From positions 448,001 to 512,000 of the forward strand of contig CAWHEU010000022.1 in the NCBI GenBank assembly GCA_963828465.1: 64,000 nucleotides of DNA, given 5' to 3'. Made by a program: the position numbers and the translations under genes. Shown here piece by piece: positions 9,723 through 20,880 of the stretch (position 1 is the first letter of the stretch; each line of letters opens with the position of its first letter). Source of the stretch: an uncultured Acidobacteriota bacterium. GTDB taxonomy: Bacteria; Actinomycetota; Acidimicrobiia; Spongiisociales; ZC4RG35. The notes beneath the pieces are model-generated. The model was given only the letters and a program-made list of their open reading frames with translations. It did not search any database and had not been told where the DNA came from.

Positions 9723-10546
9723 CAACAGCATTCGTGCTGGGCGGTGGAGGTCGGTGGGGAGCAGTGGAGGTCGGGATGCTCCGTGCTCTCGACGAGGCGG
9801 GGATCGTGCCCGATCTGGTGCTGGGCACGTCGATCGGCGCATTCAACGGATCGGTCATTGCCGACCGGCCGGGCGCCGACGGGGTCGAAGGTCTGAAGGA
9901 GCTATGGATCCGGATCGCGGAGAGCGCTGTCTTTCAGGGAAGCAAGATGACACGCGTCAAGAACGTCGCCAAGCTCAGACCGGCGCTGCACGAGACATCG
10001 GAGCTGCGGGCCCTCCTCGTTAGCGCCCACCCTCCCGATCGTCTCATCGAGGACCTGAGCATTCCTTTTCAGTGCGTGGCTGCATCGATCGAGAGGGCCG
10101 CCGAGCATTGGTTCACCAGCGGTCCTCTCATCGAGGCGCTCCTTGCCTCATCGGCCGTGCCGGCGCTCTTCCCGCCGGTCGAGATCGGTGGCGAGCATTT
10201 CTACGACGGCGGCCTGGTCAACTCGGTCCCCCTGGGCAGGGCAGTCGAATTGGGCGCAAAGGACATATATGTCCTCCAGGTGGGGCGCATCGAGTCGCCG
10301 CTCCGGCCGCCGCAGCGTCTCCACGAGGCTGCCCTCATCTCATTCGAGATCGCTCGTCGCCATACCTATCACACGGCTGTCGCCAACTTGCCCGACGGGA
10401 TTGGTCTTCACCTTCTGCCGTCGGGGAACCCTGTCGCTTTCGATGATGCCCGGCAGCTGAAATGGAGGGACGTGAGCTCGACCATGGGGCTCATCGATGG
10501 CGCATACACCGCGTCGAGGACCTACCTGGAGGCTGAGTGCTCATGA
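9719..10546 (+). CDS. Patatin-like phospholipase
   Basis: GGGGRWG oxyanion loop, GTSIG nucleophile, DGG motif. Confidence 0.9.
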   Translation: MTTAFVLGGGGRWGAVEVGMLRALDEAGIVPDLVLGTSIGAFNGSVIADRPGADGVEGLKELWIRIAESAVFQGSKMTRVKNVAKLRPALHETSELRALLVSAHPPDRLIEDLSIPFQCVAASIERAAEHWFTSGPLIEALLASSAVPALFPPVEIGGEHFYDGGLVNSVPLGRAVELGAKDIYVLQVGRIESPLRPPQRLHEAALISFEIARRHTYHTAVANLPDGIGLHLLPSGNPVAFDDARQLKWRDVSSTMGLIDGAYTASRTYLEAECS

Positions 10547-11574
10547 AGGTGCCTCCCCTGCCACCGCGCTGGGTGCGACGGCTCCTGATCGATCCGACAG
10601 TCGTGCTCTTGGTAGCACTGGCACTGATCTCGCTCCCGATCTGGATCATTGTCGCCGCCTTCGTCTCCCGATATGTCCCCGGGAATTGGCGCATCCTGCG
10701 CATCGCCTGGTTCCTGTTCCTGTACATGGTTGTGGAGGCGGTGAGCCTGGCCGTGATGTTCCTCACCTGGGTGTTCTCCGGTTTCGGCTGGAAGATGAGA
10801 TCGCCGACCTTCACAGAATTGCACTATCGGATTCTCGCGTTGATGTTGAGGACTGTGATTCGTTCGGCGGAGGTGACCTTCAAGCTCCGCGTGGTGCAGG
10901 ACGAGATGCGGCCGACCACTGCGGTGAACGGCGTCACCCGATCGATCCTGGTGTTGTCGAGGCACGCCGGCCCCGGCGATTCGTTCCTCCTCATGGACGG
11001 GCTGGTCAACGGATACCGGCGCGACCCGCGCATCGTTCTCAAGGAGTTTCTTCAGTGGGATCCAGCCGTCGATGTGATCCTGAACCGGCTGCCTGCCGCG
11101 TTCGTCCCGGTCGGTCGAAAAGGGGGAGAGGAGCTGATCGACGCTATCTCCAGCCTGGCTCACTCGATGGACAATGACGACGCATTCGTCATCTTCCCTG
11201 AAGGTGCGAATTACACCGATGGTCGGCGGGCACGTGCCATCCAGAAGCTGAGGGAGATCGGCCGCCCGGATCTCGCCGAACGCGCCGAGGATCTGAAACA
11301 AACACTGCCGCCTCGCTCGCTCGGTGTGGTCACGGCTTTGGCGGCGGCACCGCCGGACTCAGATGTGTTCTTCGTCGGGCACGCCGGTCTGGAGGCCTTC
11401 ATCACCGCAGGTGACATCTGGAGAGCGATGCCGATGGACACTGAGGTCGAGGTGAAAATCTGGCATTTCCGCTCCGAGGACATTCCGCCACCCGAAGAGC
11501 AGGAGACCTGGCTGTACGACGTCTGGGCCGAGATCGACGACTGGATCAGCGCCGAATTGGCGAAGACGGGTTAA
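10543..11574 (+). CDS. Lysophospholipid/glycerol-phosphate acyltransferase (PlsC-like) membrane protein
   Basis: HAGPGD (HX4D) and FPEG motifs; N-terminal TM helices; overlaps the patatin stop. Confidence 0.82.
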   Translation: MKVPPLPPRWVRRLLIDPTVVLLVALALISLPIWIIVAAFVSRYVPGNWRILRIAWFLFLYMVVEAVSLAVMFLTWVFSGFGWKMRSPTFTELHYRILALMLRTVIRSAEVTFKLRVVQDEMRPTTAVNGVTRSILVLSRHAGPGDSFLLMDGLVNGYRRDPRIVLKEFLQWDPAVDVILNRLPAAFVPVGRKGGEELIDAISSLAHSMDNDDAFVIFPEGANYTDGRRARAIQKLREIGRPDLAERAEDLKQTLPPRSLGVVTALAAAPPDSDVFFVGHAGLEAFITAGDIWRAMPMDTEVEVKIWHFRSEDIPPPEEQETWLYDVWAEIDDWISAELAKTG

Positions 11575-11583
11575 GTTCTGGCC

Positions 11584-12051
11584 ATGTTGACGATCGTTGG
11601 CAACATCCTCTGGCTGATCCTGTGCGGCATCTGGATGGCCATCCTGTACTACATCGGGGGCCTGCTCGGGCTGATCCTGATCGTCACGATCCCGCTCGGC
11701 ATCCAGTCCTTCAAGTTGGGCAACTACGTGTTGTGGCCCTTCGGGAGGACCGTCGTGACGGAGCCGGGGGCCTCCGTTGTCTGGTCGGTGATAGGGAACG
11801 TGGTCTGGCTCATCCTGATCGGCTGGTGGCTAGCCCTGTTCCATGTCTTGCTGGCCGTCATCTTCTTCATCACCATCATCGGAATCCCATTCGGCATCGC
11901 CAACCTGAAGCTGGCACGCCTGGCCTTGCTCCCCTTCGGGGCGACTGTGGTCACCGAGGTTCCGTACGAGATGGAGACAATCGTGGCGGTGCCCCAGCTC
12001 GGAGCGACCACTGCACCTCAGGCCGTGTCACAGCCGGGCCCACCGACCTAG
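11584..12051 (+). CDS. YccF-domain inner membrane protein
   Basis: Two repeats of GN.LW....G.W ... IP.GI..KL...L.PFG. Confidence 0.85.
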   Translation: MLTIVGNILWLILCGIWMAILYYIGGLLGLILIVTIPLGIQSFKLGNYVLWPFGRTVVTEPGASVVWSVIGNVVWLILIGWWLALFHVLLAVIFFITIIGIPFGIANLKLARLALLPFGATVVTEVPYEMETIVAVPQLGATTAPQAVSQPGPPT

Positions 12052-12077
12052 GCACGGCCGCCGGAAGCCGCCCGAGG

Positions 12078-13082
12078 TCACGGGGCCGTCTTCGGCTCCA
12101 TGAACGGCATCATCTTCCGCAGCTCCCGGCCCACGTCCTCGATCTGGTGGGCCCGATTTGCTGCCCGCTGCTCGTAGAGGAACGGCGCTCCCTCCCGGGC
12201 CTGGGCCATCCATTCGTTGGCGAATGCGCCCGACTGGATCTCTGCAAGGGCTTCCTTCATCGCAGCCCGGGTCTCGTCCGTGATGATCCGTGAGCCACGT
12301 GTGTAGTCGCCGTATTCGGCGGTGTCGGATACCGAGTAACGCATCCAGGAGAGACCCCCTTCGTAGAGGAGGTCGACGATGAGCTTCAGTTCGTGAAGCG
12401 TCTCGAAGTAGGCGGATTCGGGCTGATAACCCGCCTCGACCAGAGTCTCGAACGATGCCTTGATCAGCTCGGACACCCCGCCACAGAGGATGACCTGCTC
12501 GCCGAACAGATCGGTCTCTGTCTCTTCCTTGAAAGTGGTCTCCAGGATGCCGGCCCTGCCCCCGCCAATGGCTGATGCGTAGCTGAGCCCAACAGCGCGG
12601 GCGTTGCCCGATGCGTCCTGATGCACGGCGAGCAGACAGGGCACGCCGGAGCCCTCTGTGTAGGTGCGGCGGACGAGGTGTCCAGGACCTTTGGGAGCGA
12701 TCATTGCGACGTCGACGTCCTCCGGTGGGACGATCTCCCCGAAATGGATGTTGAACCCGTGAGCGAAGAGCAGCGTGTCGCCGGAATCGAGGTTGGGCTC
12801 GACCGACTCAGCGTAGATAACCCCCATGATCTGGTCCGGGACCAGCATCATGATGGTGTCCGCCCACTGGGCGGCCCCTTCGGGAGTAAGCACCCGAAGG
12901 CCCGCGCCTTCGGCCTCGGCCCAACTCGGGGAACCCTCACGCAGACCCACTACGACATCCACACCTGATTCCTTCAGGTTCAGGGCATGAGCGTGACCCT
13001 GGCTCCCGTAGCCGATGACGGCCACCTTCTTGGCTCGGATGAGCTCCGGATCACTATCGGCGTCGTAGTAGATGGTTGCCAT
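12078..13082 (-). CDS. ilvC: Ketol-acid reductoisomerase
   Basis: [37 protein letters not shown]. Confidence 0.97.
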   Translation of the reverse strand: MATIYYDADSDPELIRAKKVAVIGYGSQGHAHALNLKESGVDVVVGLREGSPSWAEAEGAGLRVLTPEGAAQWADTIMMLVPDQIMGVIYAESVEPNLDSGDTLLFAHGFNIHFGEIVPPEDVDVAMIAPKGPGHLVRRTYTEGSGVPCLLAVHQDASGNARAVGLSYASAIGGGRAGILETTFKEETETDLFGEQVILCGGVSELIKASFETLVEAGYQPESAYFETLHELKLIVDLLYEGGLSWMRYSVSDTAEYGDYTRGSRIITDETRAAMKEALAEIQSGAFANEWMAQAREGAPFLYEQRAANRAHQIEDVGRELRKMMPFMEPKTAP

Positions 13083-13142
13083 GCCCAGATTGTGGTCGCT
13101 TTCGCTCTCGGGAAAAACTCGGCGTCATAGGATGCCTGGCCA

Positions 13143-14810
13143 ATGACACAGAAGATCAGATCCCAAGAAGTGACGGAGGGCCCGGCCAAGGCAGGTGCAA
13201 GGGCGATGTTGCGCGCCGTCGGTCTGACCGAGGAGGACTTCGGCAGGCCTCAGGTCGGCGTGGTCTCCGCCGGGAACGAGGTGACTCCCTGCAATCTCAC
13301 CGGCCCCGAGCTGTCGAGGCACGCCAAGACCGGTGTGGCGTCGGCCGGGGGAGTGGGATTGGTTTTCTCCACGATCGCCGTCTCCGACGGCATCTCGATG
13401 GGTCACGAGGGCATGAGGGCTTCGTTGGTCTCTCGGGAAGTCATTGCCGACTCGGTCGAGCTGGTGATGCATGCCGAAAGGTTCGACGCCCTTGTCGCCA
13501 TCGCGGGATGCGACAAGTCGCTGCCCGGGATGCTGATGGCGGCCGCCCGGCTCGATCTCCCCGCCATCTTCCTCTACGGCGGCTCGAGTCTTCCCGGCCA
13601 CTACGCCGGGCGGGACATCTCGATCGTGGACGTGTTCGAAGGGATCGGCGCCGAGTCCGAGGGCCGCATCACCATCGAAGAGCTCCTGGAACTCGAGCGA
13701 GCCGCCTGCCCCGGGGCTGGGTCCTGTGCAGGAATGTTCACCGCCAACACGATGGCGTCGGTTGGCGAAGCCATCGGGATGTCACTCCCCGGCTCCGCCT
13801 CGGTCCCCGCCGTCGACCCTCGCCTTCATGGCTATGCCGAGCGATCGGGCGAGGCGGTGATGAGGCTCCTCGAGGATCGCGTACGTCCCCGGGACATCAT
13901 GACGCGGCCTGCCTTTGAGAACGCCATCACCACGGTCATGGCCCTCGGTGGCTCGACCAATGCCGTCCTTCATCTCCTCGCCATCGCCCGCGAGGCGGAG
14001 GTGGGACTGGAACTGGAGGATTTCGACCGGATCTCCCGTCGTACCCCCCACATCGGCGATCTAAAGCCGTTCGGGAGATACCACATGGTCGATCTGGATC
14101 GGGTTGGGGGAGTGCCGATCGTCCTTCGTGCTCTTCTCGACGAGGGCTTGATCAACGGTGACACTCTGACCGTCACCGGTCGCACCATGGCCGAGAACCT
14201 GTCGGAAATCGTCTTCAACCAAGAGCAGGATGTGATCGCGCCTCCGTCCGCGCCACTGGCTCCGGAAGGTGGAATCGCCGTCCTCAGGGGCAATCTCGCC
14301 CCCGGTGGTGCGGTGGTCAAAGTGGCTGGAATCGATCTCGATGTGTTCGAGGGACCGGCTCGGGTCTTCGACGGGGAGCAAGGTGCGATTCAGGCGTTGT
14401 TCGACCATCAGATCAAGCCTGGCGACGTAGTCCTGATCCGAACCGAGGGACCAAAGGGCGGACCCGGGATGCGGGAGATGCTCCAGGTCACCGCTGCCCT
14501 CAAGGGCGCCGGTCTGGGCAAGGAAGTACTCCTGGTGACCGACGGGAGGTTCTCCGGCGGAACAACCGGTCTCTGCATCGGCCATGTCGCCCCCGAATCG
14601 GAGGCCGGCGGCCCGATGGCGCTCGTAGCCGAGGGGGATCGGGTTCGGGTCGATGTCCCAGCCCGACGACTCGACGTCCTCGTCGACCAACAGGTGCTCG
14701 ATGACCGCGCTACGACCTGGTCACCACACCCGGCGCGGTATGAGACCGGCGCTCTGGCCAAATACGCCCGGCTCGTCGGTTCAGCCGAAACGGGAGCAGT
14801 CACCGGCTAG
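13143..14810 (+). CDS. ilvD: Dihydroxy-acid dehydratase
   Basis: [38 protein letters not shown]. Confidence 0.96.
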   Translation: MTQKIRSQEVTEGPAKAGARAMLRAVGLTEEDFGRPQVGVVSAGNEVTPCNLTGPELSRHAKTGVASAGGVGLVFSTIAVSDGISMGHEGMRASLVSREVIADSVELVMHAERFDALVAIAGCDKSLPGMLMAAARLDLPAIFLYGGSSLPGHYAGRDISIVDVFEGIGAESEGRITIEELLELERAACPGAGSCAGMFTANTMASVGEAIGMSLPGSASVPAVDPRLHGYAERSGEAVMRLLEDRVRPRDIMTRPAFENAITTVMALGGSTNAVLHLLAIAREAEVGLELEDFDRISRRTPHIGDLKPFGRYHMVDLDRVGGVPIVLRALLDEGLINGDTLTVTGRTMAENLSEIVFNQEQDVIAPPSAPLAPEGGIAVLRGNLAPGGAVVKVAGIDLDVFEGPARVFDGEQGAIQALFDHQIKPGDVVLIRTEGPKGGPGMREMLQVTAALKGAGLGKEVLLVTDGRFSGGTTGLCIGHVAPESEAGGPMALVAEGDRVRVDVPARRLDVLVDQQVLDDRATTWSPHPARYETGALAKYARLVGSAETGAVTG

Positions 14811-14820
14811 CTTCTCCGAG

Positions 14821-15798
14821 GTGAGCGCAGAACCCGTCCCCCAAGAGAGGGAAAAGCGAGGTTTCTTCAAGCGCGCCGCCCGCGGGGCCAGTGAACGGGT
14901 ACTGGACGTCGTCGACCCGGACTTGGTCCTCGAGCATGTCGATGTGAACGCCCTGCTCGAACGCATAGACATCAATTCCCTTCTCGATCGCATCGACGTC
15001 GAGCGCCTGATCGGGCGGATCGATATCGACGAGCTGCTCAAGGCAGCCGACATCGATGCCCTGATGGAGCGGGTAGACATCAAGGCCTTGATCGATCGGG
15101 CCGGGATCCCCGAGATCGTCGCCGAGAGCACCAGTCACCTGACCGGGTCAGCGCTCGACATGTTCCGCAGGCCCATAGTGGGGATCGACGAGATCCTGTT
15201 CAAGGGCATCAACCGCCTGTTCCGCCGGGACCTCCAGAGTTTTCCAACCGGACCAGGGGCTCTGGTCGACTGGGTGGACGACCACACCGAGGACACCGGG
15301 GTCCGGACCGGGCGCTACGCCGGCCCGCTGACCCGGACGATCGCCCTCATGCTGGACATACTGATCGTGACCACCGGGTTCACCGTGATCGTCGCCGGAG
15401 CGAGCTATCTGATCGAGCTGGTCAGCCCGGTCGAGGTCGAGCCGACGCGAGGGTTGTGGTACATCGTCGGCTTCGTCGTGTGGGCGATCCTCTATCTGTG
15501 GCTGTCGATCGCCATATTCGGCAAAACCCTGGGCAAGACGTTCATGGGCGTCCGGGTCGTGGATTCGCAAGGGTCGGTGGCGCTTCACAGCCGACAGTCC
15601 CTGGTTCGGGCAATCACCTACCCCCTTTCCTTTGTCGTCTTGGGTCTTGGCCTGCTCGGGATCTTGTTCGGCCGGGAGCGACGCGCATGGCACGACAATT
15701 TCGCCGGGACTGCGGTGGTCTACGACTGGGGGAGCCGCACCGCTCGACTGTCCACGCCCCTGGCCGCATGGCTGGAACGCAAAGGTATGGAGAGCTAG
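14821..15798 (+). CDS. RDD family membrane protein with N-terminal 9-residue repeats
   Basis: YAG..TR..A..LD, GKTLGK..MGVRVV and RRAWHD..AGTAVV RDD motifs; GTG start. Confidence 0.8.
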   Translation: MSAEPVPQEREKRGFFKRAARGASERVLDVVDPDLVLEHVDVNALLERIDINSLLDRIDVERLIGRIDIDELLKAADIDALMERVDIKALIDRAGIPEIVAESTSHLTGSALDMFRRPIVGIDEILFKGINRLFRRDLQSFPTGPGALVDWVDDHTEDTGVRTGRYAGPLTRTIALMLDILIVTTGFTVIVAGASYLIELVSPVEVEPTRGLWYIVGFVVWAILYLWLSIAIFGKTLGKTFMGVRVVDSQGSVALHSRQSLVRAITYPLSFVVLGLGLLGILFGRERRAWHDNFAGTAVVYDWGSRTARLSTPLAAWLERKGMES

Positions 15799-16916
15799 CG
15801 GAAGCGGGCCGGTGAGGTCACGGCCGGATCTATTCCCGATAGGTCGGGCGGCAGTCTGGAGCCCAGGACCTGGCTGGCCACGAGGGCGCCATAAGCGGGT
15901 GCGGTTTGGATGCCCGTGCCACCCTGGCCGACCAGCCAGAAGAAACGTGGGGCGGTCGGCTCTTCCCCGATGACCATCTCCCGATCGGGGGCGAATGTGC
16001 GCAACCCGGTCCACTGGGAGTTGACCGACCTGATGTCGAGCGTGGTTGCCTCGTTTATCCGTTCGATGGCGAGGGCGACATCGGCCATGTCGGGCCGGGG
16101 GTCCAGTGGGGGCGACGGCGTCTCCTCGGCGAGCGAGCAGAGGAGCTGGGCGCCATCGGGGCGGAAATAGAAGAGCTGGTCGACATCGACGACAAACGGC
16201 CATCCGTCGTAGGACCGATCTCCCGGAACCATGAAGGCGGTTCGACGCATCGGTTGGAGACCTACCGGTTCGATTCCTGCCAGACCTGCCACCAAATCGC
16301 CCCAAGCGCCGGAGGCATTGATCACGGCTGTGCATTCGACGTCCCCCTCTGGGGTCGACACCCGCCACCCTCGGCCGGCCCTCGCGAGACCGGTGACAGG
16401 CGAAGACACCCGAAGCTCGGCACCGGACTTCCTGGCGATGCGCACAAACGCCTGATGGAGGGCGGCGACATCGATGTCGAGGGCGTTTGGCTCGTAGAGG
16501 CCCCCGGCGACACGTTCCGGCCGCATCATCGGGACGAGCCGGAGGACCTCGTCTGTGTCGACCAGGACCGACCCGGCACCGAGAGTCTCGCCGTCACTGG
16601 CCATAGCGCGCAGACGATCGAATCGAGCCTCGTCGGACACCCAGAGGAGACCGCGATCCGAGAGCAGGGGGGCGTCGGCCGAGTCCTCCGGCGGGTCTTC
16701 GAGGAACGTCCTGCTCGCCAAGCACAGAGGGCGGGAGCCGTCGGCGCCGTAGTTGGCAACGAACATCGCCGCTGACCGACCGGTGGTGTGGAAGGCGAGG
16801 CTTCGCTCCGCTTCGAGCAGAATCACGGAGCCATGAGGGGCGAGGTGGGCGGCAGCCGAGACGCCGGCGATTCCGCCTCCGATGATTGCGAAGTCGGTCA
16901 TTGGATGGGCGGTCAA
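15795..16916 (-). CDS. FAD-dependent oxidoreductase, DAO family (D-arginine dehydrogenase-like)
   Basis: IIGGGIAG, HTTGRSAA, WTGLRTFAPDR, GQGGTGIQTAPA. Confidence 0.85.
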   Translation of the reverse strand: MTAHPMTDFAIIGGGIAGVSAAAHLAPHGSVILLEAERSLAFHTTGRSAAMFVANYGADGSRPLCLASRTFLEDPPEDSADAPLLSDRGLLWVSDEARFDRLRAMASDGETLGAGSVLVDTDEVLRLVPMMRPERVAGGLYEPNALDIDVAALHQAFVRIARKSGAELRVSSPVTGLARAGRGWRVSTPEGDVECTAVINASGAWGDLVAGLAGIEPVGLQPMRRTAFMVPGDRSYDGWPFVVDVDQLFYFRPDGAQLLCSLAEETPSPPLDPRPDMADVALAIERINEATTLDIRSVNSQWTGLRTFAPDREMVIGEEPTAPRFFWLVGQGGTGIQTAPAYGALVASQVLGSRLPPDLSGIDPAVTSPARFR

Positions 16917-16926
16917 TCGGGCACGG

Positions 16927-17898
16927 TCATGGGGTCACCACGACCCTCCCCACGACTTTGCGATCGGCCACCCAGCGGAGGGCCTGCACCGCTTCGTCGA
17001 GGGGAAAAGTCTTCTGTACCAGGGGGCGGAGGGTGCCATCGGCCACCCAGTCCATGACCATCCGGTTGTTATCTGCGCTCCGGGCGGGCTCTTCGATGTT
17101 GAACCGGCCCCAGAACACACCCACCACCGAGTTCCCCTTGACCAGGGTCAGGTTCAATGGGATCTGCGGGATATCACCCGAGGTGAATCCGACTACCAGG
17201 AGGCGACCATTCCAGTTGGTGGAGCGAAGGGCCAGCTCAGTGGCAGGGCCGCCTACCGGGTCGTAGACCACGTCCACTCCTGCTCCCGATGTGGCTGCGG
17301 CGATGCCGTCGCGCAGAGGAACCTGGTCATAGCGGATGACCTCGTCCGCACCGGCGTCTCGTGCCACCTCGGCTTTCTCATCGGAGGATACGGCCGCGAT
17401 CACCATGGCTCCGAGCGCCTTGCCGATCTGTACGGCGGCGATGCCGACACCCCCGGCGGCGCCCAGCACGAGCAGCGTCTCGTCAGCCCTCAGGCCGGCC
17501 CGGTCGACCAGAGCGTGATAGGAAGTGCCATACGCGACCGGGATGGCCGCCCCGACCTCGAATTCGATGTGGTCGGGCAGCCGGGTGATGGCCCCAGGAA
17601 AGGCGGTGGCGCGCTCCGCCATCGCTCCTGTCCCCACGAACCCCACCACCCGGTCACCTGGTTCGAAATCACCCAGACCGTCGGCCGACTCGACGACACC
17701 GGCGAATTCGTTGCCGGGGACGAATGGAAGCTCCGGCCTGATCTGATACTGGCCGGCCACCACCAGAAGGTCTTGAAAGTTCACCGCTGCGGCCTTGACG
17801 GCTACCACGGCAGTCCCACGGAGTGGTGTCGGATCGGGCATCTCGCCGACCCGGAGGGCGTCCAAACCGTCGTAGCTGTCGCAGATCAGGGCGCGCAT
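16927..17898 (-). CDS. NADPH:quinone oxidoreductase (MDR family)
   Basis: VNFQD, PFVPGNEFAG, GAAGGVG, DPVGG. Confidence 0.9.
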   Translation of the reverse strand: MRALICDSYDGLDALRVGEMPDPTPLRGTAVVAVKAAAVNFQDLLVVAGQYQIRPELPFVPGNEFAGVVESADGLGDFEPGDRVVGFVGTGAMAERATAFPGAITRLPDHIEFEVGAAIPVAYGTSYHALVDRAGLRADETLLVLGAAGGVGIAAVQIGKALGAMVIAAVSSDEKAEVARDAGADEVIRYDQVPLRDGIAAATSGAGVDVVYDPVGGPATELALRSTNWNGRLLVVGFTSGDIPQIPLNLTLVKGNSVVGVFWGRFNIEEPARSADNNRMVMDWVADGTLRPLVQKTFPLDEAVQALRWVADRKVVGRVVVTP

Positions 17899-17946
17899 GG
17901 ATCAAGCCTACGGACATCGCTCGTCCCTCTCTGACACAATCGGGGG

Positions 17947-18624
17947 GTGCCTATCGAGCCCATGCCGTCCAGGTTCGAGCTTCCTGACCCGAGCTCGGGA
18001 GACGGTGATGTGGTGGCCGTAGGCGCCGACCTCGAGCCTGGCACCTTGCTCCAGGGATATCGCAGGGGCCTCTTCCCAATGGGCCTGCCCGATGGGCATC
18101 TCGGATGGTGGTCGCCGGTCGAGCGGGCGATCCTCCCCTTGCGCGGGCTCCACATCAGCCGGTCGCTACGTCAATCGACCAGGCGCTTCCAGGTTTCGGT
18201 GGATGCCGATTTCGAGGGTGTCATTCGGGGCTGTGCCGATTCGAGGCGAAGGGATCCCTGGATCACCGGAGACTTCGTGGAGGCCTACACGACGCTGCAC
18301 CGGTTGGGGTGGGCACATTCCGTGGAGGTCTGGGACAACGAGGGCAGCCTGGTCGGGGGTCTCTATGGCGTCGCGATCGGTGGCCTCTTTGCCGGCGAGT
18401 CGATGTTCCACGAGGTTCGGGACGCATCGAAGGTCGCCCTGGTGCATCTCGTGGTGGTGATGAACCGGGGTGGCGGCAGCTTGCTCGATGTTCAATGGCA
18501 GACGCCGCACCTCGAGTCGCTCGGGGCGGTCGTGATCGGGCGTGATGCCTACTTGGGCAAACTGGATGAAGCCCTCAGCGGGCCGGAAGTGTTCGACTCG
18601 GCCTACGAGAGCGACAGCTTCTAG
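17947..18624 (+). CDS. aat: Leucyl/phenylalanyl-tRNA--protein transferase
   Basis: GLFPM, WWSP, AHSVEVW, LVGGLYGV, GESMFH, DASKVAL. Confidence 0.95.
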   Translation: MPIEPMPSRFELPDPSSGDGDVVAVGADLEPGTLLQGYRRGLFPMGLPDGHLGWWSPVERAILPLRGLHISRSLRQSTRRFQVSVDADFEGVIRGCADSRRRDPWITGDFVEAYTTLHRLGWAHSVEVWDNEGSLVGGLYGVAIGGLFAGESMFHEVRDASKVALVHLVVVMNRGGGSLLDVQWQTPHLESLGAVVIGRDAYLGKLDEALSGPEVFDSAYESDSF

Positions 18625-18664
18625 GGACTCACCGCTAGAGTCGATTGCCAGTCCTGGAGGAGCG

Positions 18665-19519
18665 TTGCGGGCCGTCGTTGCCGGAGTCGATTTGACCGCC
18701 ATGGGGCGGCGCGTAGCCGAACGGGCCGGGATGATGGCTGAGTCGTCAGGCGTCCCCTTGCACTTGCTCCACGTCCTGGAACCTGTCGGTGAGGCGATGA
18801 TCGAGCCTTCGCTGGCACGCTTGATGCGCGAGTACCAGACGACCGAAGCCTCCAAGCTCGCGGAATGGGCCAGGGGGAAGACCGGGGTCGAGGTCGACCT
18901 GGAGGTGGTCAAGGGCTCACCCTCATGGGAGCTGACAGCGAGAGGCAAGAGCGCCGACCTGGTGGTGGTCGGGTCGTCGTCTATCAATGCCTTCTCCGTA
19001 GGCCCGGTGGCCAAGCGCGTGGCCCGCAAGACCACCACGGACACTCTTCTGGTGCGCCGTCAGCCACGCGTGCCGTATCGAAAGGTGATCGCCGCGGTGG
19101 ACTTTTCCGAGCACTCTCGAGTGGCGGTGAATCGGGCCCTGGCCCTGTTCCCGGACGCCGATACCACGGCTCTCTACTCGATGCCGTCGCGGTTCGACAC
19201 GATGCTTGCCAGCGCCGGCTTGTTCAGCGAGGAGCTCGAGGCCTCACGCGGCTCACGTTTACGAATGGCGCAGGAGCGCATGGAGGACTTCACGGCCCAA
19301 TGGGATGGCGATATCAGGACGCTGGTCGTCGACGGCCCGCCTACCGAGACAATCGAGGAGGTCGTGAGGAGGAGAGGGGCCGATCTAGTCATCGTGGCAA
19401 GCCGGGGCGCCAGCGCCACCAGGATGGTCCTGCTGGGGACGGTGGCAGAGGGTCTGGTCACCGAGGCGCCTTGTGATGTGCTCGTGGCTCGGGCCAGAGC
19501 CCCATTCCGGCGGCCCTGA
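18665..19519 (+). CDS. Tandem-domain universal stress protein
   Basis: Two USP domains (VVAGVDL; KVIAAVDFSEHS...DLVIVASRG...LLGTVAE...PCDVLV); start approximate. Confidence 0.88.
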   Translation: MRAVVAGVDLTAMGRRVAERAGMMAESSGVPLHLLHVLEPVGEAMIEPSLARLMREYQTTEASKLAEWARGKTGVEVDLEVVKGSPSWELTARGKSADLVVVGSSSINAFSVGPVAKRVARKTTTDTLLVRRQPRVPYRKVIAAVDFSEHSRVAVNRALALFPDADTTALYSMPSRFDTMLASAGLFSEELEASRGSRLRMAQERMEDFTAQWDGDIRTLVVDGPPTETIEEVVRRRGADLVIVASRGASATRMVLLGTVAEGLVTEAPCDVLVARARAPFRRP

Positions 19520-19524
19520 AGCCT

Positions 19525-20880
19525 CTACGCCTCCACCGAGGGGAAGCTGAGTGTGAACGTCGTGCCCGACGACGATGATTCGACAGCGATGTCTCCACCG
19601 CTCCGAGTGACGATGGTGTGGACGGTGTGAAGACCCAGACCCGTGCCTTGTCCCGGATCCTTGGTGGTGAAGAAAGGATCAAAGATCCGCTGACTCACCT
19701 CCGGGTCGATGCCCGGGCCTGTGTCTGAGATCCGCACATTCACCGCTCCGTTTTCCCGCCCCGCCTCGATCGTCAGAGTTCCCGACCCGTTCATGGCATC
19801 GGCGGCATTGTCGATGAGGTTGGTCCAGACCTGATTGAGATCACGTCCGGAGGCCTCGATGGCAGGCAGATCCGGCTCTATGTCCACAACGGTCTCGATG
19901 CCCCGGAGCTTGTGTTTGAGCAAGATCAGTGTGTCTCTGATCCCCTCGGTTGGATTGATGTGCTGCACCGGCCCTTGGTCGAGATACGAGTAGTTCTTCA
20001 CTACCCGAACCAACTCAGAGATGCGGCCGGCGGCGATCCGGACCTCATTGATCAACTGAGAAGCGAGGACACGCAGGCCGAGCCAGCGCATGAACTTGGT
20101 CGCGGTTTCGGGGTCCAGACCATCGGTGGTCTCCTCGAGCAACTCGAGATCCCATCCGTCCTCGACAAGGGCCGGGGCGATCTCCCAGGCATCGGGGACT
20201 CCGAGATCCTCGAGCCATGTCGCTACGCCATCCTCGAGCGCCGATCTGGCCAGGGGATCCATCGAGTCGGGTTTGGCCGGAACGGGGATGGGCCGGCTGA
20301 GGAGCTCACCGATCCCGGAGAGAAGGATCGTGGCGTCGCCGAGATCCACATAGACCTCTTCAGCACGGGCCATGCTCCGCCCCACGGCGGCAGCCGGGTT
20401 GTTCAGCTCATGCATGAGTTGGGCCGCCATGCGGCCCAACGCGGCCATCCTCTCCTCATGACGGAGTGTGTCCTCGATGCCGCGCAGACGAGAGGTGACC
20501 GTGCGAAACATCCGGCGTACCACTCGAGAGTCTTCGATCAAGTCCTCGAATGCGTTGGCCGGGATCCTGATCAGGGATGACTTCGATACGGCGGTGACAC
20601 TCGCTGTCCTTGGCGCGTTGTCGAGCAAGGCGATCTCGCCAACCACCTCACCCGGTCCGAGGGTGGCCAGGACCACCTCTCGGTCGGTCCCCATCTTTGT
20701 CACCCGCAACTCTCCGTCCACGATCACGAACATGTCCTCGGAGAGAGAATCCTCCTCGATGATCGTCGTCTCCGCCGCGACCTCAATCCTCTCCGACTCC
20801 CTGCAAACCTGGTCGAGAAGGCCCTGCGGGAGATCGGCGAAATAGGGGAGACCGCGCAGGACCTCTGCGATGTCGCTCAA
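19525..20880 (-). CDS. Sensor histidine kinase with N-terminal cyclic-nucleotide-binding domain
   Basis: GEIALL..PRTASV cNMP motif; HELNNP H-box; NLIDNA, DTGPGI, FFTTK, GTGLGL. Confidence 0.92.
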   Translation of the reverse strand: MSDIAEVLRGLPYFADLPQGLLDQVCRESERIEVAAETTIIEEDSLSEDMFVIVDGELRVTKMGTDREVVLATLGPGEVVGEIALLDNAPRTASVTAVSKSSLIRIPANAFEDLIEDSRVVRRMFRTVTSRLRGIEDTLRHEERMAALGRMAAQLMHELNNPAAAVGRSMARAEEVYVDLGDATILLSGIGELLSRPIPVPAKPDSMDPLARSALEDGVATWLEDLGVPDAWEIAPALVEDGWDLELLEETTDGLDPETATKFMRWLGLRVLASQLINEVRIAAGRISELVRVVKNYSYLDQGPVQHINPTEGIRDTLILLKHKLRGIETVVDIEPDLPAIEASGRDLNQVWTNLIDNAADAMNGSGTLTIEAGRENGAVNVRISDTGPGIDPEVSQRIFDPFFTTKDPGQGTGLGLHTVHTIVTRSGGDIAVESSSSGTTFTLSFPSVEA

